Below, piece by piece: positions 1 through 8,066 of a DNA stretch of 28,928 bases; the first letter of the stretch is position 1; each line of letters begins with the position of its first letter. The position numbers and the translations under genes were made by a program. Below the pieces are notes generated by a model. It worked only from the letters and a program-made list of their open reading frames with translations. It was not told where the DNA came from and made no database searches. This DNA is from Pseudomonadota bacterium (lineage in GTDB: Bacteria; Pseudomonadota; Alphaproteobacteria; Rhodobacterales; Rhodobacteraceae): contig JBCBNR010000001.1 in the NCBI GenBank assembly GCA_039821665.1, positions 1-28,928 of the forward strand, written 5' to 3'.

Positions 1-1002
1 CAGGGACAGGTTCTCGACCCGGAGCATCTCTTTGAGGATCGAAGCCTCGACGGGGAGCAAAGTGGGAAGGGCCGAGATGTTCTGGCGCGCAGCGTCGCCT
101 GCGCGCAGATCGGGAAAAATCTCGAAAAGCTCTTCCCTGATTTGCGCGCCCATCGCGTCAAGCACGGGCGCTGTGGGCTGAAAACTTTCGGTGGGCACGC
201 CATGGGCGGTGACAATCTCGTGCTGGTCGAAAAGAATGTGGTGATAGGTCACTGGTCCGGCGCGGCGGTCCCGAAACACATGGACCCCATCGACCAGGGA
301 CGAGGCGGTGACCAGCACCTGTTTCGATCCAAACAGAAGTTCCGCCCGCCAAGTGTCGAGCGCGATGCGATGGTTAGGCGAGACCACAAGGTCCCGCGCT
401 GGCAAACCGGGCCCCAGCGCCCCTTTGGAAATGACGATCGGGCGCAGATGGGGCGCATTTTGCAGATGATCGGAGGTTAGGGTCGAGGCCGTAGCCCAGG
501 CCAGCGGTTGCGACCCTCGGTCCTTGGTGATCACGCGATCGCCCTTGCGCAAGGCCTCCACCGCGCGGGGGCCCTGCTCGGTCAGGATCAACGTGCCGGG
601 CGCAAAACAGATTTGCGCCAGGTCGTCATAGGTGGGGGCGCCTGATCCGCGCGGCCCTTCTGACGTGCTGACCACAGACAGGGTCGTGCCAAAGGGGGGG
701 AAGTCGCCTAGGGCCGCAAAGCCCACCACATTGCTGAATCCCGGCCCCGTTGAGACGCCGTAGAGGGTATAGGTGTCCACACCATCGGTCACCACGACCG
801 TATACTCCGCCTCGACATCCTGGCCATCGACGAAGGTGGCACTGCCTACGGTTTGGGTGCCCACGATCCGCTGGCCGCCGTCACTGTCCTGAAACAAGCC
901 ATCATCGTCGGACATCTGGATGAATTCAGGCACAGCGCCACTGGCAATGGTGATCGTGCCACCATTGTGCTGAGAGCCGTCACCTTGCCCCGCATTGCCC
1001 AA
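1..1002 (-). CDS. Hint (Hedgehog/intein, bacterial intein-like BIL) domain protein; 3' end runs off the window
   Basis: Manual translation of the minus strand is open from 1062 to position 1. It contains QI-CFAPGTLILTEQGPRAVEALRKGDRVITKD (Hint N-terminus, Cys codon at 607-609), LVVSPNHRI, and VTYHHILFDQHEIVTAHGVPTESF (Hint C-terminus). Start is uncertain: TTG 1002, GTG 933, ATG 915, or non-canonical ATC 1050. Confidence 0.9.
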   Translation of the reverse strand, partial: MGNAGQGDGSQHNGGTITIASGAVPEFIQMSDDDGLFQDSDGGQRIVGTQTVGSATFVDGQDVEAEYTVVVTDGVDTYTLYGVSTGPGFSNVVGFAALGDFPPFGTTLSVVSTSEGPRGSGAPTYDDLAQICFAPGTLILTEQGPRAVEALRKGDRVITKDRGSQPLAWATASTLTSDHLQNAPHLRPIVISKGALGPGLPARDLVVSPNHRIALDTWRAELLFGSKQVLVTASSLVDGVHVFRDRRAGPVTYHHILFDQHEIVTAHGVPTESFQPTAPVLDAMGAQIREELFEIFPDLRAGDAARQNISALPTLLPVEASILKEMLRVENLSL

Positions 1003-1235
1003 GGGCGCGCTGGTGATTTGGCTTGCGTCTATAAAAGCGAAGCCGACGATGGCCTGCCCCTTTTATCTGCTCTTTGCCGCGGTATCTGCGGGGCTTTTGC
1101 CCGCTTGACCTTAATTTTCTACGACTTGGGCCTAACAACGTCCAGGGTTTGGTTTTTTTGCTCGCAGAGGCAGAGACGCTTTGCTAGAGAGGCGCGCAAT
1201 CGCGACGAGAGCGCCGTAACGGGCGCGTCGCATCA

Positions 1236-1320
<85 letters not shown>

Positions 1321-1343
1321 TTGGATGAGGATAGGACGGATAC

Positions 1344-2684
1344 ATGCAGGTCACTGAAACGCTCAACGAAGGCTTGAAGCGCGGGTACACCATCAAGCTG
1401 GCGGCAGCGGATTTGGAAGCCACCGTGATGTCCAAGCTGGAGGACGCGCGCAAAGACTTCCAGATGAAGGGTTTTCGCAAGGGCAAGGCGCCGCTCGCGC
1501 TGATGAAAAAGATGTTCGGCAAATCGGTGCTGGGCGAAGCGATGCAGGAAAGCATCGATGCGGCCATGCGCCAGCATTTCGAGGACAGTGGCGACAGACC
1601 CGCAGGCCAACCGGATGTGAAGATCACCGACGAGAACTGGGAAGAAGGTCAGGATCTGGAAGTGGCCATGAGCTACGAGGCCCTGCCGGAGGTGCCCGAG
1701 GGCAAATACAGCGAGATTAAGCTGGAGAAGTTGGTCACCCAGATCGAAGACAGCGCGGTGGATGAGGCGCTGGAAAATCTCGCCAACTCGGCCAACCATT
1801 TCGAGGCCCGCGGCAAGACCGCCAAGGCGCGCGAGGGCGACCAGGTTGTGTTCGACTTCCTCGGCAAGGTCGATGGCGAGGCGTTCGAAGGCGGTGCCGC
1901 GGAGGATTATCCGTTGGTCCTCGGCTCCAACAGCTTTATCCCCGGGTTCGAAGATCAGCTTGTGGGCGTCAAAGCGGGCGAGGAGAAAGCGGTCAACGTG
2001 ACCTTCCCCGAGCAATACAACGCGGCCCATTTGGCGGGCAAGGACGCAGTGTTCGAGTGCACGATCAAAGAGATCAAAGAACCAAAGCCAGCGCCCCTTG
2101 ATGACGAGTTGGCCAAAAAGTTCGGCTCGGACGATTTGGCCGCCCTGAAAGATCAGATCCGCGAGCGTTTGGGCGTCGAGTACGGTCAGGCCGCACGCTT
2201 GGTGATGAAGCGCGGTTTGATGGACGCGCTTGACGAGCAGGTGAAGTTCGATCTGCCGCCCAGCATGGTCGAGGTGGAGGCCCAGCAGATCGCCCATCAA
2301 TTGTGGCACAACGAAAACCCGGACGTAGAAGGCCACGACCATCCCGAGATCGAGGCGACGGATGAGCACCGCTCGCTGGCCGAACGTCGGGTGCGCCTGG
2401 GGCTTTTGCTCGCGGATATCGGCAACAAGAACGAGATCCAGGTCTCTGAAAGCGAGATGCAGCAGGCGGTCATGGCACAGGCCCGACAGTACCCTGGTCA
2501 AGAACGGGAGTTCCTGGAATTTGTGTCCAAGAATGACGGTGCGCGGCAGCAAATCTCGGCCCCGATTTTCGAGGATAAGGTCGTAGATTACCTGATCGAG
2601 CTTGCCGATGTGACGGAGAAATCCGTGACCAAAGAGGAGCTGCAAAAGGCGGTTGAGGCTTTGGAGGCTGGCGAGGAAGTTTAA
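1344..2684 (+). CDS. tig: Trigger factor (ribosome-associated chaperone / FKBP-type PPIase)
   Basis: [13 protein letters not shown] start; ribosome-binding motif GFRKGKAP; FKBP region [14 protein letters not shown]...FIPGFEDQL; 446 aa; lies after tRNA-Leu and before clpPX. Confidence 0.97.
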   Translation: MQVTETLNEGLKRGYTIKLAAADLEATVMSKLEDARKDFQMKGFRKGKAPLALMKKMFGKSVLGEAMQESIDAAMRQHFEDSGDRPAGQPDVKITDENWEEGQDLEVAMSYEALPEVPEGKYSEIKLEKLVTQIEDSAVDEALENLANSANHFEARGKTAKAREGDQVVFDFLGKVDGEAFEGGAAEDYPLVLGSNSFIPGFEDQLVGVKAGEEKAVNVTFPEQYNAAHLAGKDAVFECTIKEIKEPKPAPLDDELAKKFGSDDLAALKDQIRERLGVEYGQAARLVMKRGLMDALDEQVKFDLPPSMVEVEAQQIAHQLWHNENPDVEGHDHPEIEATDEHRSLAERRVRLGLLLADIGNKNEIQVSESEMQQAVMAQARQYPGQEREFLEFVSKNDGARQQISAPIFEDKVVDYLIELADVTEKSVTKEELQKAVEALEAGEEV

Positions 2685-2707
2685 GCCGCCTTGCAACAAC
2701 CTGATCT

Positions 2708-2733
2708 AACCCCGCCGTTTGGCGGGGTTTTTT
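2708..2733 (+). terminator. Intrinsic terminator after tig
   Basis: AACCCCGCC-GTTT-GGCGGGGTT stem-loop running into a T tract, 23 nt after the tig stop. Confidence 0.88.
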
Positions 2734-2736
2734 CGT

Positions 2737-3612
2737 CTAAGGGCTTGCGGTGCTGTCCCGCGCGAAGCCCGCAAGACTGTCCAACCACGCCAATGTGCGC
2801 AAAGACCAGCCCGTCGGCACGGAATGCGCGCCCGGGTGCAAGGCCAAGCGCAGGGCGCTGCCCGACGCGCACTCGGTCCACCAACGATCCCAGTATTTTT
2901 CGGATATCTCGAAGGCACCCGCACGCATGCCCTCGCAGGCGTTCGCGGTGCGCATCACTTGGAGGCTGTAGAACACATCCCCTTGGACAATGCGCCCATC
3001 CCACAGGGGGCGCCCTTCCAATGGCACAACCTTGTCTTTCCAGCCATGGGTGTGAAACAGGCGCACCGGCGCCTTGCACGCCTCCAACGCGGGATGGGGG
3101 CGCCAGAACGCCCCGCCCACCGGGGCGTAGGCGAAGGCCAAGTCCGGGTGATCGCACGCCATATACCAGGTCATCGACCCGCCCAGCGAGAAGCCAGACA
3201 GCACCACCCGCGCCCGGTCGAGCGGGAAACGCTGCGTCGCATCGTCGATCACAGCGCTGAGAAAGCTGTGTTCATCACGCCGTTTGGGCCGGCCGGGAAT
3301 AAACGACCAGCCCAGGGCCGTGCTGGGCCGGCCCGGCCGCGCGGTGCCGTCGGGGGCAAGCACGGCCATGCCACCCTCCAAAAACGTCTCCACCAATACG
3401 CGGTTCGACAGGATCGCGTTGCCGTTGCTGCCCGCCCCATGCAGGAAAACAAGCACCGGCCAAGGCCCAGGGCCCGCGGGCCACTCCACCCGGTAGGTGC
3501 CGGTGGGCACCTCACACGGGGCGTCATCCAACGCACACGGGCTTTGCGCCAGGGCGGGGGCGGCCAACGCCAACCCCAGACATGCCACGAGATGTCGTAA
3601 GAACCTGGCCAA
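2737..3612 (-). CDS. Secreted alpha/beta-hydrolase esterase (LpqC / PHB-depolymerase-like)
   Basis: [10 protein letters not shown], nucleophile elbow [15 protein letters not shown] (Asp) and HPGAH (His). Signal peptide ...[17 protein letters not shown] start at 3612 follows an AGGAGG SD; the ORF track extends to ATG 3645. Confidence 0.8.
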   Translation of the reverse strand: MARFLRHLVACLGLALAAPALAQSPCALDDAPCEVPTGTYRVEWPAGPGPWPVLVFLHGAGSNGNAILSNRVLVETFLEGGMAVLAPDGTARPGRPSTALGWSFIPGRPKRRDEHSFLSAVIDDATQRFPLDRARVVLSGFSLGGSMTWYMACDHPDLAFAYAPVGGAFWRPHPALEACKAPVRLFHTHGWKDKVVPLEGRPLWDGRIVQGDVFYSLQVMRTANACEGMRAGAFEISEKYWDRWWTECASGSALRLALHPGAHSVPTGWSLRTLAWLDSLAGFARDSTASP

Positions 3613-3693
3613 TGCACCCTCCTGTTGTCTAATGGCCCCTGCCATGGCCTATCGCGCTTTAAGGTCGCGTAAACCGAAAACCGGTCCAGTGCC

Positions 3694-3721
3694 CTTGCAG
3701 AGCCGGGGTCACAGACCTATT
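3694..3721 (+). promoter_or_regulatory. Candidate clpP promoter (CTTGCA-N16-CCTATT), sigma70/RpoH-like
   Basis: Resembles the alphaproteobacterial CTTG(AA)-N15/16-CCTAT pattern, 66 nt upstream of the clpP ATG. Confidence 0.5.
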
Positions 3722-3787
3722 CCTTCTTCTAACAGGCACGGGCGCCTGAACCCATGGCACCCATCAACTTTCGAAAGCACTGCGCGC

Positions 3788-4402
3788 ATGATGACCCCAT
3801 ACCCTCCCCAAAGCCTTCAGGTCGTGGATGAAACGCCTCGTGGCTCTTACGCCTATGACATTTTCTCGCGCCTTTTGAAGGAGCGGATCATCTTCATCAC
3901 CAGTGGGATCGATGACTATGTGGCCAGCCTGGTGATCGGTCAGCTTTTGTATCTTGAGGCGGATAACCCCAAGAAAGACATCTCGATCTACATCAACTCG
4001 CCAGGCGGGTATGTGACTGCGGGCCTCGCGATTTATGACGCCATGCAATATGTGCGGCCCGATATCTCAACGTTGTGTCTGGGCAATGCCGCCTCGATGG
4101 CCGCTGTGCTGATGGCCGCCGGGACCAAGGGCAAGCGCGCCGCTTTGCCCAACAGCCGCTTTATGGTGCACCAGCCGCGTGCTGGGTTCCAAGGCCAAGC
4201 CTCGGACATCTTGATCCACGCCAAGGAAAGCGAAAAGCTTAAGCTGCGCCTCAACGAGATCTTTGCCGAACATACGGGCAACGATCTGACAACGGTCGAG
4301 GCAGCGTTGGAGCGTGACAACTTCATGTCCGCGGAGGACGCGAAAAGCTGGGGCTTGGTTGACGAAATTGTCAACAAGCGCACCGGTGAGGAAAGCGCCT
4401 AA
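3788..4402 (+). CDS. clpP: ATP-dependent Clp protease proteolytic subunit
   Basis: [21 protein letters not shown], catalytic Ser (AASMA), His (MVHQP) and Asp (LERDNF). Likely start ATG 3788 or 3791; the upstream extension in the ORF track has no ClpP similarity. Confidence 0.96.
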   Translation: MMTPYPPQSLQVVDETPRGSYAYDIFSRLLKERIIFITSGIDDYVASLVIGQLLYLEADNPKKDISIYINSPGGYVTAGLAIYDAMQYVRPDISTLCLGNAASMAAVLMAAGTKGKRAALPNSRFMVHQPRAGFQGQASDILIHAKESEKLKLRLNEIFAEHTGNDLTTVEAALERDNFMSAEDAKSWGLVDEIVNKRTGEESA

Positions 4403-4531
4403 GCCGGGCAGATCGCGAGCGCGCACAAGGCTCTCTGGTTAAGGGCTTTGCAACCTAGATATGGGCATAAGCCCCGGGGCTGGCAGACTAGGTGTTGTGG
4501 GCACATGTGAGAATGTGAACCGTACTCAGCG

Positions 4532-4559
4532 CTTGAACCTGTCACGTTCATGCCTAAAC
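4532..4559 (+). promoter_or_regulatory. Candidate RpoH-type promoter for clpX (CTTGAA-N15-CCTAAAC)
   Basis: Perfect CTTGAA -35 box and a CCTA-type -10 box at canonical spacing in the clpP-clpX gap. Confidence 0.5.
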
Positions 4560-4744
4560 TAGCAGGTAACAGGCCCGAATGAAGCCGATAGGTTCAAGAC
4601 CGGAAAAAAGCAGCGCACGGGTGCACCCGTATTACGCACCGCCTCTTGTCTTTTCCCTAGTGGCCGTGGCTTACTGCATTGCAAGACGCGCATACGCGGC
4701 ATGGCAGGTGCCAAACGCAGTTAAGACGCGCGTAGGAGAATTGG

Positions 4745-6010
4745 ATGAGCAAATCTACAAACGGCGATTCTAAGAATACGCTCTACTGCTCGTTCTGTGG
4801 GAAGAGCCAACACGAAGTGCGCAAGCTGATCGCGGGTCCGACCGTGTTTATCTGCGACGAATGTGTCGAGCTTTGCATGGACATCATCCGCGAAGAGACG
4901 AAGTCGAACCTCGTCAAATCCGCCGATGGCGTGCCCACCCCGCAGGAGATTTGCACCGTTCTGGACGATTATGTGATCGGGCAGGAGCGCGCGAAGCGCG
5001 TGCTGTCGGTTGCGGTGCACAACCACTACAAACGCCTGAACCATGCCGAGAAGAACTCGGAAGTGGAATTGGCGAAGTCAAACATCATGCTGATCGGCCC
5101 GACAGGGTGCGGCAAAACGCTGCTGGCCCAGACGCTGGCGCGCATTTTGGACGTGCCGTTTACGATGGCCGATGCCACCACGCTGACGGAAGCGGGCTAT
5201 GTGGGCGAGGATGTGGAGAACATCATCCTCAAGCTGCTGCAATCTGCCGAGTATAATGTCGAGCGTGCACAACGGGGCATCGTATATATCGACGAGGTCG
5301 ATAAGATCAGCCGGAAATCGGACAACCCGTCCATCACGCGCGATGTCTCGGGCGAGGGTGTTCAGCAAGCGCTGTTGAAGATCATGGAAGGCACGGTCGC
5401 CTCGGTTCCGCCGCAGGGGGGGCGTAAGCATCCCCAGCAAGAGTTTTTGCAGGTGGATACGACCAACATTCTGTTCATCTGCGGCGGCGCGTTTGCGGGC
5501 CTAGACCGGATCATAAGCCAACGTGGCAAGGGCTCGGCCATGGGCTTTGGCGCGGATGTCAAAGACCAAGACGAGCGGCGCACAGGCGAGGTGTTCCAGG
5601 ATTTGGAGCCTGAGGATCTGCTGAAATTCGGTTTGATCCCCGAATTTGTCGGCCGTCTGCCGGTCATCGCCACCCTCAACGACCTGGATGAAGAGGCGTT
5701 GGTGACGATCCTGTCCAAACCGAAGAACGCGCTGGTGAAGCAATATCAGCGCCTGTTCGAGATGGAGGATGTGTCGCTAAGCTTCACGGAAGAGGCGTTG
5801 CGCGCCATCGCGTCCAAAGCGATCGAACGCAAGACCGGCGCACGGGGTCTTCGGTCAATCCTCGAAGAGGTGCTGTTGGACACCATGTTCGAGATCCCCG
5901 CGATGGCCAATGTGGAAGAGGTGGTCGTGAACGACGAAACCATCCGCCGCGAGGGCGAGCCGCTGATCGTCTATGCGGACCGCAAGGAAGAGCCGACGAG
6001 CGCCGGGTGA
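4745..6010 (+). CDS. clpX: ATP-dependent Clp protease ATP-binding subunit
   Basis: Zn finger CSFC...CDEC, Walker A GPTGCGKT, pore loop GYVG, Walker B IVYIDE, RKH loop, ClpP-docking loop MGF; SD TAGGAG. Confidence 0.98.
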   Translation: MSKSTNGDSKNTLYCSFCGKSQHEVRKLIAGPTVFICDECVELCMDIIREETKSNLVKSADGVPTPQEICTVLDDYVIGQERAKRVLSVAVHNHYKRLNHAEKNSEVELAKSNIMLIGPTGCGKTLLAQTLARILDVPFTMADATTLTEAGYVGEDVENIILKLLQSAEYNVERAQRGIVYIDEVDKISRKSDNPSITRDVSGEGVQQALLKIMEGTVASVPPQGGRKHPQQEFLQVDTTNILFICGGAFAGLDRIISQRGKGSAMGFGADVKDQDERRTGEVFQDLEPEDLLKFGLIPEFVGRLPVIATLNDLDEEALVTILSKPKNALVKQYQRLFEMEDVSLSFTEEALRAIASKAIERKTGARGLRSILEEVLLDTMFEIPAMANVEEVVVNDETIRREGEPLIVYADRKEEPTSAG

Positions 6011-6137
6011 CCGGGGGTGCATGCGCCACGGCGGCGCGGCCTGAGGTCCAAGAATTAACGTGTCCATCGCATTGGGCGCTGGACCCGGGGCGCCGGGGCT
6101 TTTACAAAACGGCAAGTCGCGCAGTAGGGAGGCACAG

Positions 6138-6512
6138 ATGGGCCTGTTTTCGCAACTTTTTACTTGGTGGAATGGCCAAACCCTGGGCACCCGCTTGTTC
6201 ACCTGGCGCAAGGGCGTGAAGGTGGGCGAGGACGTGCAGGGCAACGTCTTTTACGAAAGCCGCGATGGTGCGCGCCGCTGGGTCATCTACAATGGCGAGG
6301 TGGAGGCGAGCCGCGTCTCGCCGGAGTGGCATGGCTGGCTGCATCAAACCTTCCAAGCCCCACCGACGGAAGAGCCTTTGGCTCGCAAATCCTGGGAAAA
6401 GCCCCATCAACCCAACATGACGGGCACGCCGGCCGCTTACCATCCGCCGGGCAGTCTTTTGGCGGCCGAACCGGCCAAGCGCGCCGACTACGACGCCTGG
6501 GTGCCGGAGTAA
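6138..6512 (+). CDS. NADH:ubiquinone oxidoreductase accessory subunit, NDUFA12 family
   Basis: [34 protein letters not shown] and [12 protein letters not shown] motifs; ATG 6138 follows SD GGGAGG. Confidence 0.9.
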   Translation: MGLFSQLFTWWNGQTLGTRLFTWRKGVKVGEDVQGNVFYESRDGARRWVIYNGEVEASRVSPEWHGWLHQTFQAPPTEEPLARKSWEKPHQPNMTGTPAAYHPPGSLLAAEPAKRADYDAWVPE

Positions 6513-6515
6513 CAC

Positions 6516-6968
6516 ATGGCTGGCAACTCCGCTGCTGAGACGCTGATCGGCGCCATTGTCCTGGTCGCAGCAGGCGGCTTTGCCTATTACGGCAGCCAGG
6601 CGGCGGGTACGTTTTCCGGCGGCGGCGACCGTTACGAATTGCTGGCGCGCTTCAACTCCGCCGAAGGAGTGTCCGTGGGCACGGATGTGCGCCTTGCTGG
6701 CGTCAAGGTGGGAACGGTCACAGCATTGGCGCTGAACCCCGACACGTATCAGGCCGAACTGCGTTTTGCGGTGGACGAGCAATACCTGATCCCAGACGAT
6801 TCCGAGCTGAGCGTTGCCAGCGAAGGGCTGCTCGGCGGCTCGTATTTGGAGATCGAGCCGGGCGGATCCGAGTTTATGCTCGGCACGGGCGACGAGGTGG
6901 CCTTTACCCAAAGCTCGGTCAGTTTGCTGAACCTTTTGCTGCAATTCGCGACCGGTGATGGTTCGTAG
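6516..6968 (+). CDS. mlaD: Single-MCE-domain protein, MlaD family
   Basis: N-terminal TM (ETLIGAIVLVAAGGF); MCE motifs GVSVGTDVRLAGVKVGTV and SEGLLGGSYLEIEPG. Confidence 0.85.
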   Translation: MAGNSAAETLIGAIVLVAAGGFAYYGSQAAGTFSGGGDRYELLARFNSAEGVSVGTDVRLAGVKVGTVTALALNPDTYQAELRFAVDEQYLIPDDSELSVASEGLLGGSYLEIEPGGSEFMLGTGDEVAFTQSSVSLLNLLLQFATGDGS

Positions 6969-7425
6969 TCTCGCCGTTCTCGCAGTGCTGGGCGCTGGCA
7001 TGGCTTGGGGCCAGGCGGGCCAGCTGACGCAGGGCTTTGGCAATGATGGCAACCCGCTGACCAATGACCCCCTGACGTCCCGCGCGATCCCCTTGAATGA
7101 CGAGGCCGAGCTGCCGACGGATCGGCCGATTTACGACGCACCCTGGGTGCGCTTGCGGGCGCTGGACACCATCACCGGCGCGCTGACGGATTTCGACGTG
7201 CAAGTCGGCACCTTTGTCAGCTACGAGCGGCTCGAAGTGGCCGCGCTGTCGTGTAAGTATCCTGAAGGCGAGATCGGGTCAGAGGCGTACGCCTTTTTGC
7301 GCGTGCGCGACAAGCGCGAAGATGACATCCGCTTCTCGGGGTGGATGTTTGCATCCTCTCCCGCGCTCTCGGCCCTGGACCACCCCCGTTACGATGTCTG
7401 GGTGATCAGCTGCAGGACTGAGTGA
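6955..7425 (+). CDS. DUF2155 family exported protein
   Basis: Signal peptide; LRALDTITG and FSGWMFASSPALSALDHPRYDVWVISC motifs; start overlaps the mlaD 3' end. Confidence 0.85.
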   Translation: MMVRSLAVLAVLGAGMAWGQAGQLTQGFGNDGNPLTNDPLTSRAIPLNDEAELPTDRPIYDAPWVRLRALDTITGALTDFDVQVGTFVSYERLEVAALSCKYPEGEIGSEAYAFLRVRDKREDDIRFSGWMFASSPALSALDHPRYDVWVISCRTE

Positions 7426-8042
7426 GGGCAGGCCTCTCGCGGCAGTTTCCAGAAATTTGCCTGACGCTCCAACGCCCAGTCCAAGCGCTTGTGATACTCG
7501 GCCCGCGGCACCTCCAACGCCCCAAGCCGCGCCAGATGGTCGGTGACGAACTGGGTGTCAAGCAGGCGAAATCCGCCCGCGCGCAGGCGGGCGACCAGGT
7601 AGACCAGGGCAATTTTCGAGGCATCTGTGCGCTTTGAAAACATGCTCTCGCCGAAAAACGCCGAGCCGAAGGAAACGCCGTAAAGCCCGCCCATCAGCGC
7701 GCCGTCCGACCACAACTCCACCGAATGGGCAAAGCCGATCCGATTCAACTCGCAGTACAGCCCCAAAATCTCGTCATTGATCCAGGTTTGGTCCCGCTCG
7801 GCACAGGCGCGCACGGTCGCCTCGAAGGCGCGGTTGACACAGATCTTATAGTCACCCTTTAGCACCGCCTTGCGCAGCGAGCGCGAGACATGCAGCCCAT
7901 CAAGCGGGATGATGCCGCGCCGGTCCGGGTCGACCCAAAAAATCTCGTCCGCATCCGCGCTGTAGGCCATGGGGAACACCCCAGACGCATAGGCCTGGAG
8001 CAAGATGGAGGATGTGATTTGATCGTTCGAGCTGTCTTTCAT
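7389..8042 (-). CDS. aat: Leucyl/phenylalanyl-tRNA--protein transferase
   Basis: LLQAYASGVFPMA, GFAHSVELW, GGLYGV, FFGESMFS, DASKIAL and LLDTQF motifs. Confidence 0.95.
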   Translation of the reverse strand: MKDSSNDQITSSILLQAYASGVFPMAYSADADEIFWVDPDRRGIIPLDGLHVSRSLRKAVLKGDYKICVNRAFEATVRACAERDQTWINDEILGLYCELNRIGFAHSVELWSDGALMGGLYGVSFGSAFFGESMFSKRTDASKIALVYLVARLRAGGFRLLDTQFVTDHLARLGALEVPRAEYHKRLDWALERQANFWKLPREACPHSVLQLITQTS

Positions 8043-8066
8043 GACCTCGCACCCAAAGTGGGTGCA

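Noticed and set aside
1105-1136. Possible CtrA site or promoter between the Hint gene and the tRNA
   Set aside because: Only one TTAA half-site, and no -35/-10 pair with convincing spacing.
3497-3787. 97-aa N-terminal extension of ClpP in the ORF track
   Set aside because: It overlaps the esterase gene and the candidate promoter and has no ClpP similarity.
4579-4773. 64-aa ORF in the clpP-clpX gap
   Set aside because: No clear SD or motif, and it overlaps the clpX start in another frame; a uORF cannot be excluded without Ribo-seq.
6084-6103. CCCGG-GGCG-CCGGG-GCTTTT as a clpX terminator
   Set aside because: Only a 5-bp stem, separated from a short T-run; too weak to call.
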